The translations under genes were made by a program, and so were the position numbers. A stretch of DNA of 64,000 nt, from positions 64,001 through 128,000 of the IMG/VR virus record IMGVR_UViG_3300035698_016797; one strand, given 5' to 3'. This document shows positions 56,327-64,000 of the stretch, piece by piece. The stretch's first letter is position 1, and every line of letters begins with the position of its first letter. The notes under the pieces were generated by a model that did not search any database, was not told the DNA's origin, and saw only the letters and a list, made by a program, of their open reading frames with translations. This DNA is from a virus.

Positions 56327-59300
56327 TTATCCTATAGACTGATCTTGTACAATCTGACCAGTCTGCAACTGATCCCTGGTGTCCTGAGCCTGAATGATCA
56401 ACGCTCTTAGTTCCGTTAGCATCTCAGTGACGCTGTCATCAATAGAAACCTCAACGTTTCCTTCGTGTTCAACATGAGCACTACTTATATTACCCTCAGA
56501 ACCGCTTATTGTTTTCATATTTTCTACGGCAAGCTTAAATTCTTCTGCAACTTGCCTGAATTGATTTACTACTGGAGCAAATTGAGCATCATTTGCGCGA
56601 GCAAAATCACTAGTACTGACATTTCTACCAGAACCATTTGCAAACCCTGGGACACCCATCTTTTCAAAGGTGTCTACGTCTCCAGCAGACAAAACTCTTT
56701 CTTGCCCATGAAGTAGTGCCAGTTGTGCCATATTTCTACTACCAGGAAGTCTTCCGCGACTACCATTTTTGAATTGTCTGCCACCAGCCATTTTTTTAGC
56801 TTCATCAACAGTTAATTCTCCACTTCTAAACTTGGCTAAAACTCCAAGTCCTTCATTGCTTGGTCTGCCATGTAGAACATTTGGTTTTTTAGGTACTTTT
56901 GCATATGGGTCTGATTTTATTCCCGGATCACCAATTTTAGACTTTTTAATTACTATATGATAACCTCTATCTCTTAAATCTTGAATATATTTAGCCTGAT
57001 CTTTCCAAGACATGGCATCAAGCATTGCCTTTTCGACATGAACCTTGCGTTTAGGACGTATAACTTTAGCTTTTGACCCACTCATAACTTGAGGGTTGGC
57101 TATGTTTATTTCTCTCTGCTTTGGCCTTGTAGAGATCGCCATTAAAGATTTGCTACTAGAGGTAGTTTTTGAAGTTTCAAGTTCTGACTTTTCTTGCTTC
57201 AACAATTCTAGCTGTTTCTGCTTTTGAAGCTCTTCTTTTAGCCAAACATCTCCCTGCTTTCTATTTTTAGGGTCGCCATAACGTGCACGACTCTGCATGG
57301 TTTGAACAAATTCACCAGTGGCAATATTATACTCTCTTCCCTCTCCATCAGTCTTCAGAAGAATACTTCTATTTAACGCTTTAATTCTTTGTTCAAGAGA
57401 GGAAATTTTCTCTCCCCTATTAAGGTCTGAATAGCGAGATTTTTCATACGACAGAAAGCTATTTCCCCCTTTGTGAAAGTCTTCAAGGGTTGCATCTGGA
57501 TATGTTTTTTGGAAAGACTCCAACGTTCTAAGAGCACCAGACTTTTTCAGAGAGTCTTTCATCTCTTTAAGCTCTTTGATGCGGTTTTCAGATTGTCTGG
57601 CTTGTTTTGTAGGTCTGCCTCCTGGGCCAACCTCTTGCGATCTGTTTTGATGGAACGCAGATGCTTCTTTGAGCCATTTTGCGACTTGAGTGGGAGCTTC
57701 ATTGTAGAGTTGATTGTTGTAGAACTTGGTAAATCCTGGATCGGCCTTCATAGCCTTGAAAAGTTCTTCATTCTTGAATTCCAAGTCGCTCATTAGTTTG
57801 ACGGCACGAGTAGGCTCACGCCTTTTGACATGTTCTGCAATTTTATCTTTGATAGCCTGAACGTGATGACGCCAGTCTCCATAGACTCTTTTATTTCTGT
57901 CGTCGTCTCCTTCTAAATTTCCAACTGTTGTTGCCCTTTTGAGAGATAGGGGTTCAAGCTCTTTAAGTTTTTCTACAAACCTTTTCTTCTCATCAGGAAG
58001 AGGCATACTTCCAGTAACAAGACGACTCATCCAACTTTCGTACATTGCAAAACGATCACCATCTGTATACTTTTCCGTATCCATAAGTTTGGAAATAAGA
58101 GAGCCTGCTGTTCCTTTTCTGGAAATCTTAGAAAGATGTTGTCCAACATTGGGCCAGTCAAATTGTGGATATATATCAGTGGCGGCAAATGCACTCTTAT
58201 AGTTCGTAGGAATGGCGTTATTCCCCAATTGATTAGAGAGAAACTTGCTCATTCCAGAGTCATATCTTGTTTTTCTATTACCGGCTCCAAGCTTTCGTAA
58301 CTCCTCTAAAAATTCAAAGACGTTTCCAGCGTTGGCGCTTGTGTCTGTTCCACGTTTTGTAAGGGTTGAGCTTGTAAGATTAGCCTTCATAAGTTGGCCA
58401 AGACGATGTCCATAATTAGCCCTCATGGAATCTTTTGAATCTCCACGAGCTAAGCCTTCCCCAATACCAAAGTCAACACCGGCAGATCCAAAGATCGTCA
58501 TACCGCCCCTGTTGAGAAATGAGCTGTTTCCGTCTTCGGCAGTAGCGGCAATCATTCTGTCGGCAGTTGAAATAGTTCCAACGGAATCTTCCTTGTCACT
58601 CTTAAATAGATTTCCAACACCACGCCCACTTTCTTTTAAAGTTTTTAGAGCTAGGGGAAGACCAAGATTGGCTACCGTGGTTCCAACACCTCTCATCAAC
58701 TGTCCTGTTCCATGGGTTGCACCACGGGCGCTTAGAAGACTTGCGTTTCCACCTTTGTCTCCACCAGCAAGAGCTTCCATTCCAACTCCACCAACGTTAA
58801 TAAGAGATCCAATTGCAGATGTTGTAAACGCTGTGGTTGCAGCAGCAGATCCAAGAGCCTTGCCTGCAAGTTTTCCGGCAGATCCAAGAACCTTTCCAGC
58901 TCCACGTCCTACGTTACCAGCATGTCTGCCCATTGTTGGCATTGCAGCCTTCCCATTAACGAGGGCGTTTCCTATTTGACCCTTGGCAGCTGTTAATGCC
59001 TTTCCAATTCCTCCACGAGCAGATCCAAGAGCATCACCGATTCCTTTCGCCATAGGGCCGACCTTGCCGGTTGAAGCTCTTAGGGTAGAGCCTGCAAGTT
59101 CGGTAGCCTTTTTGAAAGAGCCAGGATTAAGTTTGTTGAGAATGGAAGAGTCTAGTCCAAACATTCCAGATTCCCAAGCAGTAGATCTAAGTTTTCCAAA
59201 AGTGGATTTGTCGTCATCCATCCATGCTGCACCAATATTACTAGCATGGTTGACAGCGGACATTCCTATTCCAGCCGTCCCAAGTCCTACACTGGAATTT

Positions 59301-62300
59301 TTGCCAATAACCTTTTTAAGACCACTAATTCCCATTGCTCCAGTAGAACCAATTCCACTTAGATTCCCAACCATTTGTGCGTATAGATTATTTTTGTCAA
59401 AACTTTCACCTTCTCTAAGGTTTTTTAAGTCCATTGCTGTACTAATGTTTTCATGAAGTTCGTATGCGTGTTTTCCAGCCTCAAATGCTCCTCCAACAGC
59501 AACTACTCCTCCAAGCCCAAACTTATTAGCACCAATAGATTCGGCCATTCCTTCTGACAATTTGAACTTTTCTCTCCAGCCCACTCCAAACGGTATTTTG
59601 CTTCCAGTTTCAAATCCTGGAACACCAAGTCTTTCATAAGAGTCAACTTCGTTTGCTGAAAGAACTCTTTCCTGTCCATGTAATACAGACAGTAATGGTT
59701 GAGATCTTCCCAGTGGAATTCTTCCGTTAGTAGATTTGTAAGATCTTCCTGTCCCTCTTGCTTCATGAGGAAGTCCCATGTTTCCAACGTTTTGCCCCGT
59801 GATAACATCTCTTACAGTTCCCCTGTCTCCCATTGATGCACGAAGCATCATTGACATCATTTTGACAAGTTCTACCATTCCGCTTTTTTCATCATTTCCC
59901 GCACCGGCTATCTGTTTTTTGGTAAGCGCATCCCATTGACGAAAGGAGTCTGGACTCATTCCTCCAGAGCCTCCTATACCAGCCGCAAGCTTTTGACCCA
60001 GAGCTTCAATTTCTGAAATCTCTACAGGTGCAGCTTTTGCTCTCGCTGCAACCAACATTGTAGTTGCTGCTGCAAAGATGATTTCAGCGGCATTCATTTG
60101 TAGCTTACTTGCCTCTGCAAGAGCAATGCTTTCCTCATTTCTTGCCATTTTGTCTACGAGAGCACCTATCAGAGTACTTGTCTTGGCAAGTTGCTTTAGT
60201 CCTGGATCTGAAAAGATTCCCTCAAGAGATTTTCCAGAAGACTTAAGTGCTTGAATGTAACCATATGCTGCCTTTTCTTGACCGGACGCCATTGCGAAAT
60301 TCTTTCGCATTGCAGGATCACTTTCTCTATTAACATTCTTAATTGCCTTTCCAGCCTGTGCTATTGCACCTCTCATGGTTGCAGTGACAGCTTCTGGCAG
60401 ACGTCCTTCAAATTGATTCATCACCTGAGCTGCAACAACCGCGATTTCTTTCATTTCACCAGTCACAGTCTTAGTCATATTTACTTGTGCCTGAAAAACT
60501 CCTGAACCAAGCATTTTTGCTGCACTGTATTCTGCACGAGAACGCTTCTGTAGCTGTACCTGTTTAGCCATTGCACTAAGCATTTTCAATTGAGCATTAG
60601 CTTTTTGCTCTGCGAGCTTGGCAAGTTCTGCTTCAAACTTTGCTCCCATTTGAGAAAGTTTGTTTACTTCAGCCTGTGCGGCTGAGATGTTTTCGTGAAG
60701 TTGATATCTGTCTCTTAAAGCCTTTAGGTCTCCCTCTTGCTTTCTAATACTTGCAAGTTGATTGGCAACTGTACTGATTGTGATGTTCAGCGCCCTCATA
60801 TTTGAGATTTCGCTAGAGGCAACACCCTTGATTATCTTTTGATAACTGTTTAGGTATTGGGTAAATTCCTTATAGTTTTTGAAGAAGTTATCAAGCTCAA
60901 CTCTTGATGCAATGATGCTGTCCTTATATCTTTCTTGGGCATCTGCACTCTGTACAAGAACCTGTCTCATATTAGAGAATTCTTTGATGGATTTATTCAA
61001 CGCATTAAGCTGAGTTCTTGCAGCCTTAATCTTCTGTTCAAGATTTCCCATCTCATCTTTTGCACCATCAGACTTGTTGGCCATATTTCTATATTCTGTA
61101 ATAGACTTTGTAAGACCTTGAATTTCTTCTTTCAGTTCTTGGGCATTTCTTTTCCTTCTCTGGATTTGTCTCAACAGAGATGTTGCAACGGCATCCATGG
61201 GTGCCTGAAGAGCATTGAGTTGCTGACGAGTATTACTGAACAGAGAGTTTACTTCAGAATTTATGCGACGAGCAGCATCTGTTGTTAACTGGAAATCTTT
61301 AACAAGAGCTTTTCCAACTTGGATACGAGAAAGCTTCCCAGCTTGACCATGAACCTTCTTAAGCCCTTCACTGGCCTTTACAGAGAGATCAGTTACTTCT
61401 TTAATGCTCGATCTAAGCTGTGTGTACGCCTGCTTCTCAAGTATTGATTGTGCAAGCAGTAATGCCTCTGTTAATTTGTTGCTACCAAGCCTTGCTCTTT
61501 CCTGTGCGTCTGATACGTCATTAAATTCGGCAACCAATTTCTCCGTAGAGTAGTCGAGGTTTGCCATTTGGAAAATCTGATTCATCCAGTCTGCATACGA
61601 CTGGAATGTTTTTAGTGCGCCATCTGCACCCTCTCCCATGTCATAAAATCCCTTTGCTGTTTGTTTCGCGCTTTGAGATACTGCGCGAGCATACAGAGTG
61701 GGAAGTTCAAGGATCAATTGACGTTGCTTTTCGTTCATTGCCATACTGGCCATTCCAGCAGAGAACATGTCCGAAATGCTTCCTTCTGGTTTCTGTGCCA
61801 TTTTTCCCATCATGGCAATTGTACTACCAAGGCTTTCAACGTTTAGTTTTGCATTTTCAATATTATTGATTGCAGTCTGAAACTCTGGACCAATAGCACC
61901 AATCAATTTTGGCAGACTTTCCATACTTTTTGATGTTAACTGAATCTGACGACGCAACTCTGGAAGCGTGTCTGTTTGAAAAAGTGTGAACTGTTGAAGT
62001 TTAAGAGGGTGCTCCATCTGCATCTTCATTATGCTGTAATTGTCTATTATACTTTGGAACAAAGTCTTCGATGTTGTCCCGAATCTTTTCAGAGCTTTAA
62101 GAGGTGTTCTGAGAAGTCCAGAACCAAGCGTATCTAGGGATATAATCACATCTTCATACTTTTTGAGGTCAATATCTGGTGCTTGAACCGACAAGGCTTT
62201 CAACGCACCTTTTCTAACCGTAGTAGTATCGCTATCCTTGTTTACCTCGAAGTTAATATTGCTAGTATCTCCAGCACCTTCTCCTGTAAACTTTCCATTT

Positions 62301-64000
62301 TTACCAAGGAATTTTGTTCTCTGTACAGTAAATGCTCTCATTCCTTCAGAAGCTTTGCGAGTCATATCTTCAAACAGGATGAATTGTTCAGCTCTTTCCT
62401 CAAGAACCTTTTTCACACCAGGAGACATCCTAAAGGATAATCCCTTGAAAGATTGTGATATTTTCTTTCTAGCCAATTCGCTAACAACTTGCTGTTCACT
62501 AGAGTGTTTGGCAAGCGTGCTGAGGGCAATCTTCTCTTCTTTAGTAAGGGTGTTCATCATGGTACTGGCAGATTTAATACCTCTCATTGCCATATAAACA
62601 GCAGTTCCCTGGTCTTCTATTGCCCTATAAACGTGTTCTGATTGTTTGTCTACCTGGGTTCTAATTGTAGATTGAGCATCGCTCATCTTGATGATGCTTT
62701 GGTCTATGCGTGCACGCTTCTCTAACAAACTTCTTCCCATACCAAGGGGTCCATCTTTAAGAGCTTTCTCGGGACCAACCTTCGCAATCTTTGCATCAAT
62801 ACTGCGTCTTTCCAATTCAAGCTTGTCAAGTCCCTTGTTGTATCCTTTCATTTGCCCAACAAGACTGTCGAATAGGGTTCCTCCAAACATTCCTGTGCTC
62901 TGGAAGAATGCAGACGTAGAGGCTTTTGATCTCAATTGCTTGCGAGTTTTATCCCTTTTCTCACTGTTCCCAAATGCAGATTCTGCTGCATCTGCATTGA
63001 TTCCATTATACAGTGCTGGGGCACCAATCTTTCTTGCACCGGGAAGAAGTCTACTTAGAGCATCTTCTGCATCCTTAAAATTTTGCATATCAATTGGAGT
63101 GATAGGCTGAGAATTTTTCATCAAATCGCTAATGCGCATATATACACTTAATGATGCATCAAGAGTTTTAAGACGTTCCTGTTCTAGTCCAATAATCCTA
63201 CGGGTAAGAGCTTCGCTGCCAGTGATTCTTTTCCCAATATCACCAATAGCTCTTCTTGAAAGAGTTAACGTTGCCAAGATTGCCAAACCGGCGGCAACCC
63301 ATCCTTGCTTGAACTGGAAGGCTGTTTTGGTTGATTTTACAAGCATCTTATTGATGCCACCAATTGCACTTCCAACTTTTTCGCTACTGCCCACCATGTT
63401 TCCTACCATGGTTCCAAAAATAGCTTGATTCATTACAATAGAACCTGTCGCGTTAGCAACATCTCCCATCATGGTTCTTCCACTTGGGCTAAACATATCC
63501 TTTTGCGTTTGAGCAAACGTTTTCATCGCTATACCGGTCATCGTTAATTGTAAACGATACCTATTGAAAAACATGTGTGTCTGTTCTCCAACTTCTGCAA
63601 TCTTGTTCTTTTGTTTGTCCCAGGCTTTGCCCATTCCAGAGAAGTAAATCTGTTCTTTTTCGAGTCTAGCTTTGGCTGTTTCTCCAGCACCTCTTTTAAG
63701 TTCTTGCTCTTGTTCTGGTGATGTACCTTCTCCTCTTGCAGATCTTGCGGCAAGTCTGGCTTGAAGAATATCATTGGTCATCGTTTCGCTAGTCTCGTTT
63801 TGGCCGAGAAACTTTCCAAACCCCGTACCTTTACCTCCAAAACCTGTTCTTGCAAAACCTGTAATTCCTTGCTCTTTTCTCCACTTAGACATTCGGCTAT
63901 TCATAGCCTTATTTACACCCTGTCTTTCTCCTCCATGTGCAACAAATTGATCTAGGCCAGAAAATCTAAATGCTCTAGCTCCAACTGCTCCAATACCTCC
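56327..64000 (-). CDS. Tail tape measure protein (5' truncated, >2557 aa)
   Basis: Ala/Lys/Gln coiled-coil regions, Gly/Ala-rich amphipathic segments and HGQERVLS motifs. The frame stays open for 32 more codons upstream of ATG 63904 to the window edge. Confidence 0.85.
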   Translation of the reverse strand, partial: GGIGAVGARAFRFSGLDQFVAHGGERQGVNKAMNSRMSKWRKEQGITGFARTGFGGKGTGFGKFLGQNETSETMTNDILQARLAARSARGEGTSPEQEQELKRGAGETAKARLEKEQIYFSGMGKAWDKQKNKIAEVGEQTHMFFNRYRLQLTMTGIAMKTFAQTQKDMFSPSGRTMMGDVANATGSIVMNQAIFGTMVGNMVGSSEKVGSAIGGINKMLVKSTKTAFQFKQGWVAAGLAILATLTLSRRAIGDIGKRITGSEALTRRIIGLEQERLKTLDASLSVYMRISDLMKNSQPITPIDMQNFKDAEDALSRLLPGARKIGAPALYNGINADAAESAFGNSEKRDKTRKQLRSKASTSAFFQSTGMFGGTLFDSLVGQMKGYNKGLDKLELERRSIDAKIAKVGPEKALKDGPLGMGRSLLEKRARIDQSIIKMSDAQSTIRTQVDKQSEHVYRAIEDQGTAVYMAMRGIKSASTMMNTLTKEEKIALSTLAKHSSEQQVVSELARKKISQSFKGLSFRMSPGVKKVLEERAEQFILFEDMTRKASEGMRAFTVQRTKFLGKNGKFTGEGAGDTSNINFEVNKDSDTTTVRKGALKALSVQAPDIDLKKYEDVIISLDTLGSGLLRTPLKALKRFGTTSKTLFQSIIDNYSIMKMQMEHPLKLQQFTLFQTDTLPELRRQIQLTSKSMESLPKLIGAIGPEFQTAINNIENAKLNVESLGSTIAMMGKMAQKPEGSISDMFSAGMASMAMNEKQRQLILELPTLYARAVSQSAKQTAKGFYDMGEGADGALKTFQSYADWMNQIFQMANLDYSTEKLVAEFNDVSDAQERARLGSNKLTEALLLAQSILEKQAYTQLRSSIKEVTDLSVKASEGLKKVHGQAGKLSRIQVGKALVKDFQLTTDAARRINSEVNSLFSNTRQQLNALQAPMDAVATSLLRQIQRRKRNAQELKEEIQGLTKSITEYRNMANKSDGAKDEMGNLEQKIKAARTQLNALNKSIKEFSNMRQVLVQSADAQERYKDSIIASRVELDNFFKNYKEFTQYLNSYQKIIKGVASSEISNMRALNITISTVANQLASIRKQEGDLKALRDRYQLHENISAAQAEVNKLSQMGAKFEAELAKLAEQKANAQLKMLSAMAKQVQLQKRSRAEYSAAKMLGSGVFQAQVNMTKTVTGEMKEIAVVAAQVMNQFEGRLPEAVTATMRGAIAQAGKAIKNVNRESDPAMRKNFAMASGQEKAAYGYIQALKSSGKSLEGIFSDPGLKQLAKTSTLIGALVDKMARNEESIALAEASKLQMNAAEIIFAAATTMLVAARAKAAPVEISEIEALGQKLAAGIGGSGGMSPDSFRQWDALTKKQIAGAGNDEKSGMVELVKMMSMMLRASMGDRGTVRDVITGQNVGNMGLPHEARGTGRSYKSTNGRIPLGRSQPLLSVLHGQERVLSANEVDSYERLGVPGFETGSKIPFGVGWREKFKLSEGMAESIGANKFGLGGVVAVGGAFEAGKHAYELHENISTAMDLKNLREGESFDKNNLYAQMVGNLSGIGSTGAMGISGLKKVIGKNSSVGLGTAGIGMSAVNHASNIGAAWMDDDKSTFGKLRSTAWESGMFGLDSSILNKLNPGSFKKATELAGSTLRASTGKVGPMAKGIGDALGSARGGIGKALTAAKGQIGNALVNGKAAMPTMGRHAGNVGRGAGKVLGSAGKLAGKALGSAAATTAFTTSAIGSLINVGGVGMEALAGGDKGGNASLLSARGATHGTGQLMRGVGTTVANLGLPLALKTLKESGRGVGNLFKSDKEDSVGTISTADRMIAATAEDGNSSFLNRGGMTIFGSAGVDFGIGEGLARGDSKDSMRANYGHRLGQLMKANLTSSTLTKRGTDTSANAGNVFEFLEELRKLGAGNRKTRYDSGMSKFLSNQLGNNAIPTNYKSAFAATDIYPQFDWPNVGQHLSKISRKGTAGSLISKLMDTEKYTDGDRFAMYESWMSRLVTGSMPLPDEKKRFVEKLKELEPLSLKRATTVGNLEGDDDRNKRVYGDWRHHVQAIKDKIAEHVKRREPTRAVKLMSDLEFKNEELFKAMKADPGFTKFYNNQLYNEAPTQVAKWLKEASAFHQNRSQEVGPGGRPTKQARQSENRIKELKEMKDSLKKSGALRTLESFQKTYPDATLEDFHKGGNSFLSYEKSRYSDLNRGEKISSLEQRIKALNRSILLKTDGEGREYNIATGEFVQTMQSRARYGDPKNRKQGDVWLKEELQKQKQLELLKQEKSELETSKTTSSSKSLMAISTRPKQREINIANPQVMSGSKAKVIRPKRKVHVEKAMLDAMSWKDQAKYIQDLRDRGYHIVIKKSKIGDPGIKSDPYAKVPKKPNVLHGRPSNEGLGVLAKFRSGELTVDEAKKMAGGRQFKNGSRGRLPGSRNMAQLALLHGQERVLSAGDVDTFEKMGVPGFANGSGRNVSTSDFARANDAQFAPVVNQFRQVAEEFKLAVENMKTISGSEGNISSAHVEHEGNVEVSIDDSVTEMLTELRALIIQAQDTRDQLQTGQIVQDQSIG

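Noticed and set aside
63902-63904. ATG 63904 as the tape measure start
   Set aside because: The frame is open to the window edge with TMP-like sequence and no convincing SD, so the gene starts outside the window.
3958-63955. Numerous 60-185 aa opposite-strand or out-of-frame ORFs in the ORF track (e.g. 5200..5715, 7059..7589, 58425..58979, 58983..59456)
   Set aside because: They lie wholly inside well-supported genes, lack SD and motifs, and look like antisense shadows.
1-64000. Eukaryotic giant virus or alternative genetic code
   Set aside because: SD motifs, DnaE/DnaG/DnaB/RecA and a tape measure indicate a bacteriophage. Genes read full length in the standard code with TAA, TAG and TGA all used as stops.
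1-64000. tRNA, rRNA, integrase, transposase, reverse transcriptase/DGR
   Set aside because: No cloverleaf or characteristic motifs recognised; intergenic gaps are nearly all too short. A tRNAscan/Infernal run would be decisive.

Overview
This window is a gene-dense (~39% GC by eye) segment of a large tailed bacteriophage genome in the standard genetic code, with Shine-Dalgarno-led genes. It has four blocks. (1) 1-3382 (+): small accessory ORFs, including a 5'-truncated metallophosphoesterase and a DUF4326 protein. (2) 3538-29946 (-): a replication/recombination operon (HTH initiator with internal 4x24-bp iteron-like repeats, RecA, nuclease, DnaB, DnaG, SSB, vWA, RuvC-like, AddB/Cas4-like nuclease, intein-less split DnaE, Rad52-like annealase). 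An 11-gene glycan-synthesis cassette is embedded in it (six soluble glycosyltransferases, DegT aminotransferase, B12 radical SAM, pseudokinase-methyltransferase fusion, two methyltransferases). (3) 30087-32277 (+): a lipoprotein with a C-terminal TM helix, an HTH-phosphoesterase and a small acidic ORF. (4) 32274-64000 (-): a tail operon (5'-truncated tape measure >2550 aa, tail-tip/hub proteins, 2414- and 1751-aa giant proteins, terminal S8 protease). The most striking signal is about 61 [A/P]-S-G tripeptides in about 7,700 aa of putative external tail proteins, against 2 in the tape measure and 1 in roughly 10,000 aa of non-virion proteins (manual counts). Together with the glycan cassette this suggests, as an untested inference, a phage-encoded sequon-directed virion O-glycosylation system. 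No tRNA, rRNA, CRISPR array, integrase or reverse transcriptase was recognised. All product calls come from motif recognition by eye, without database searches.
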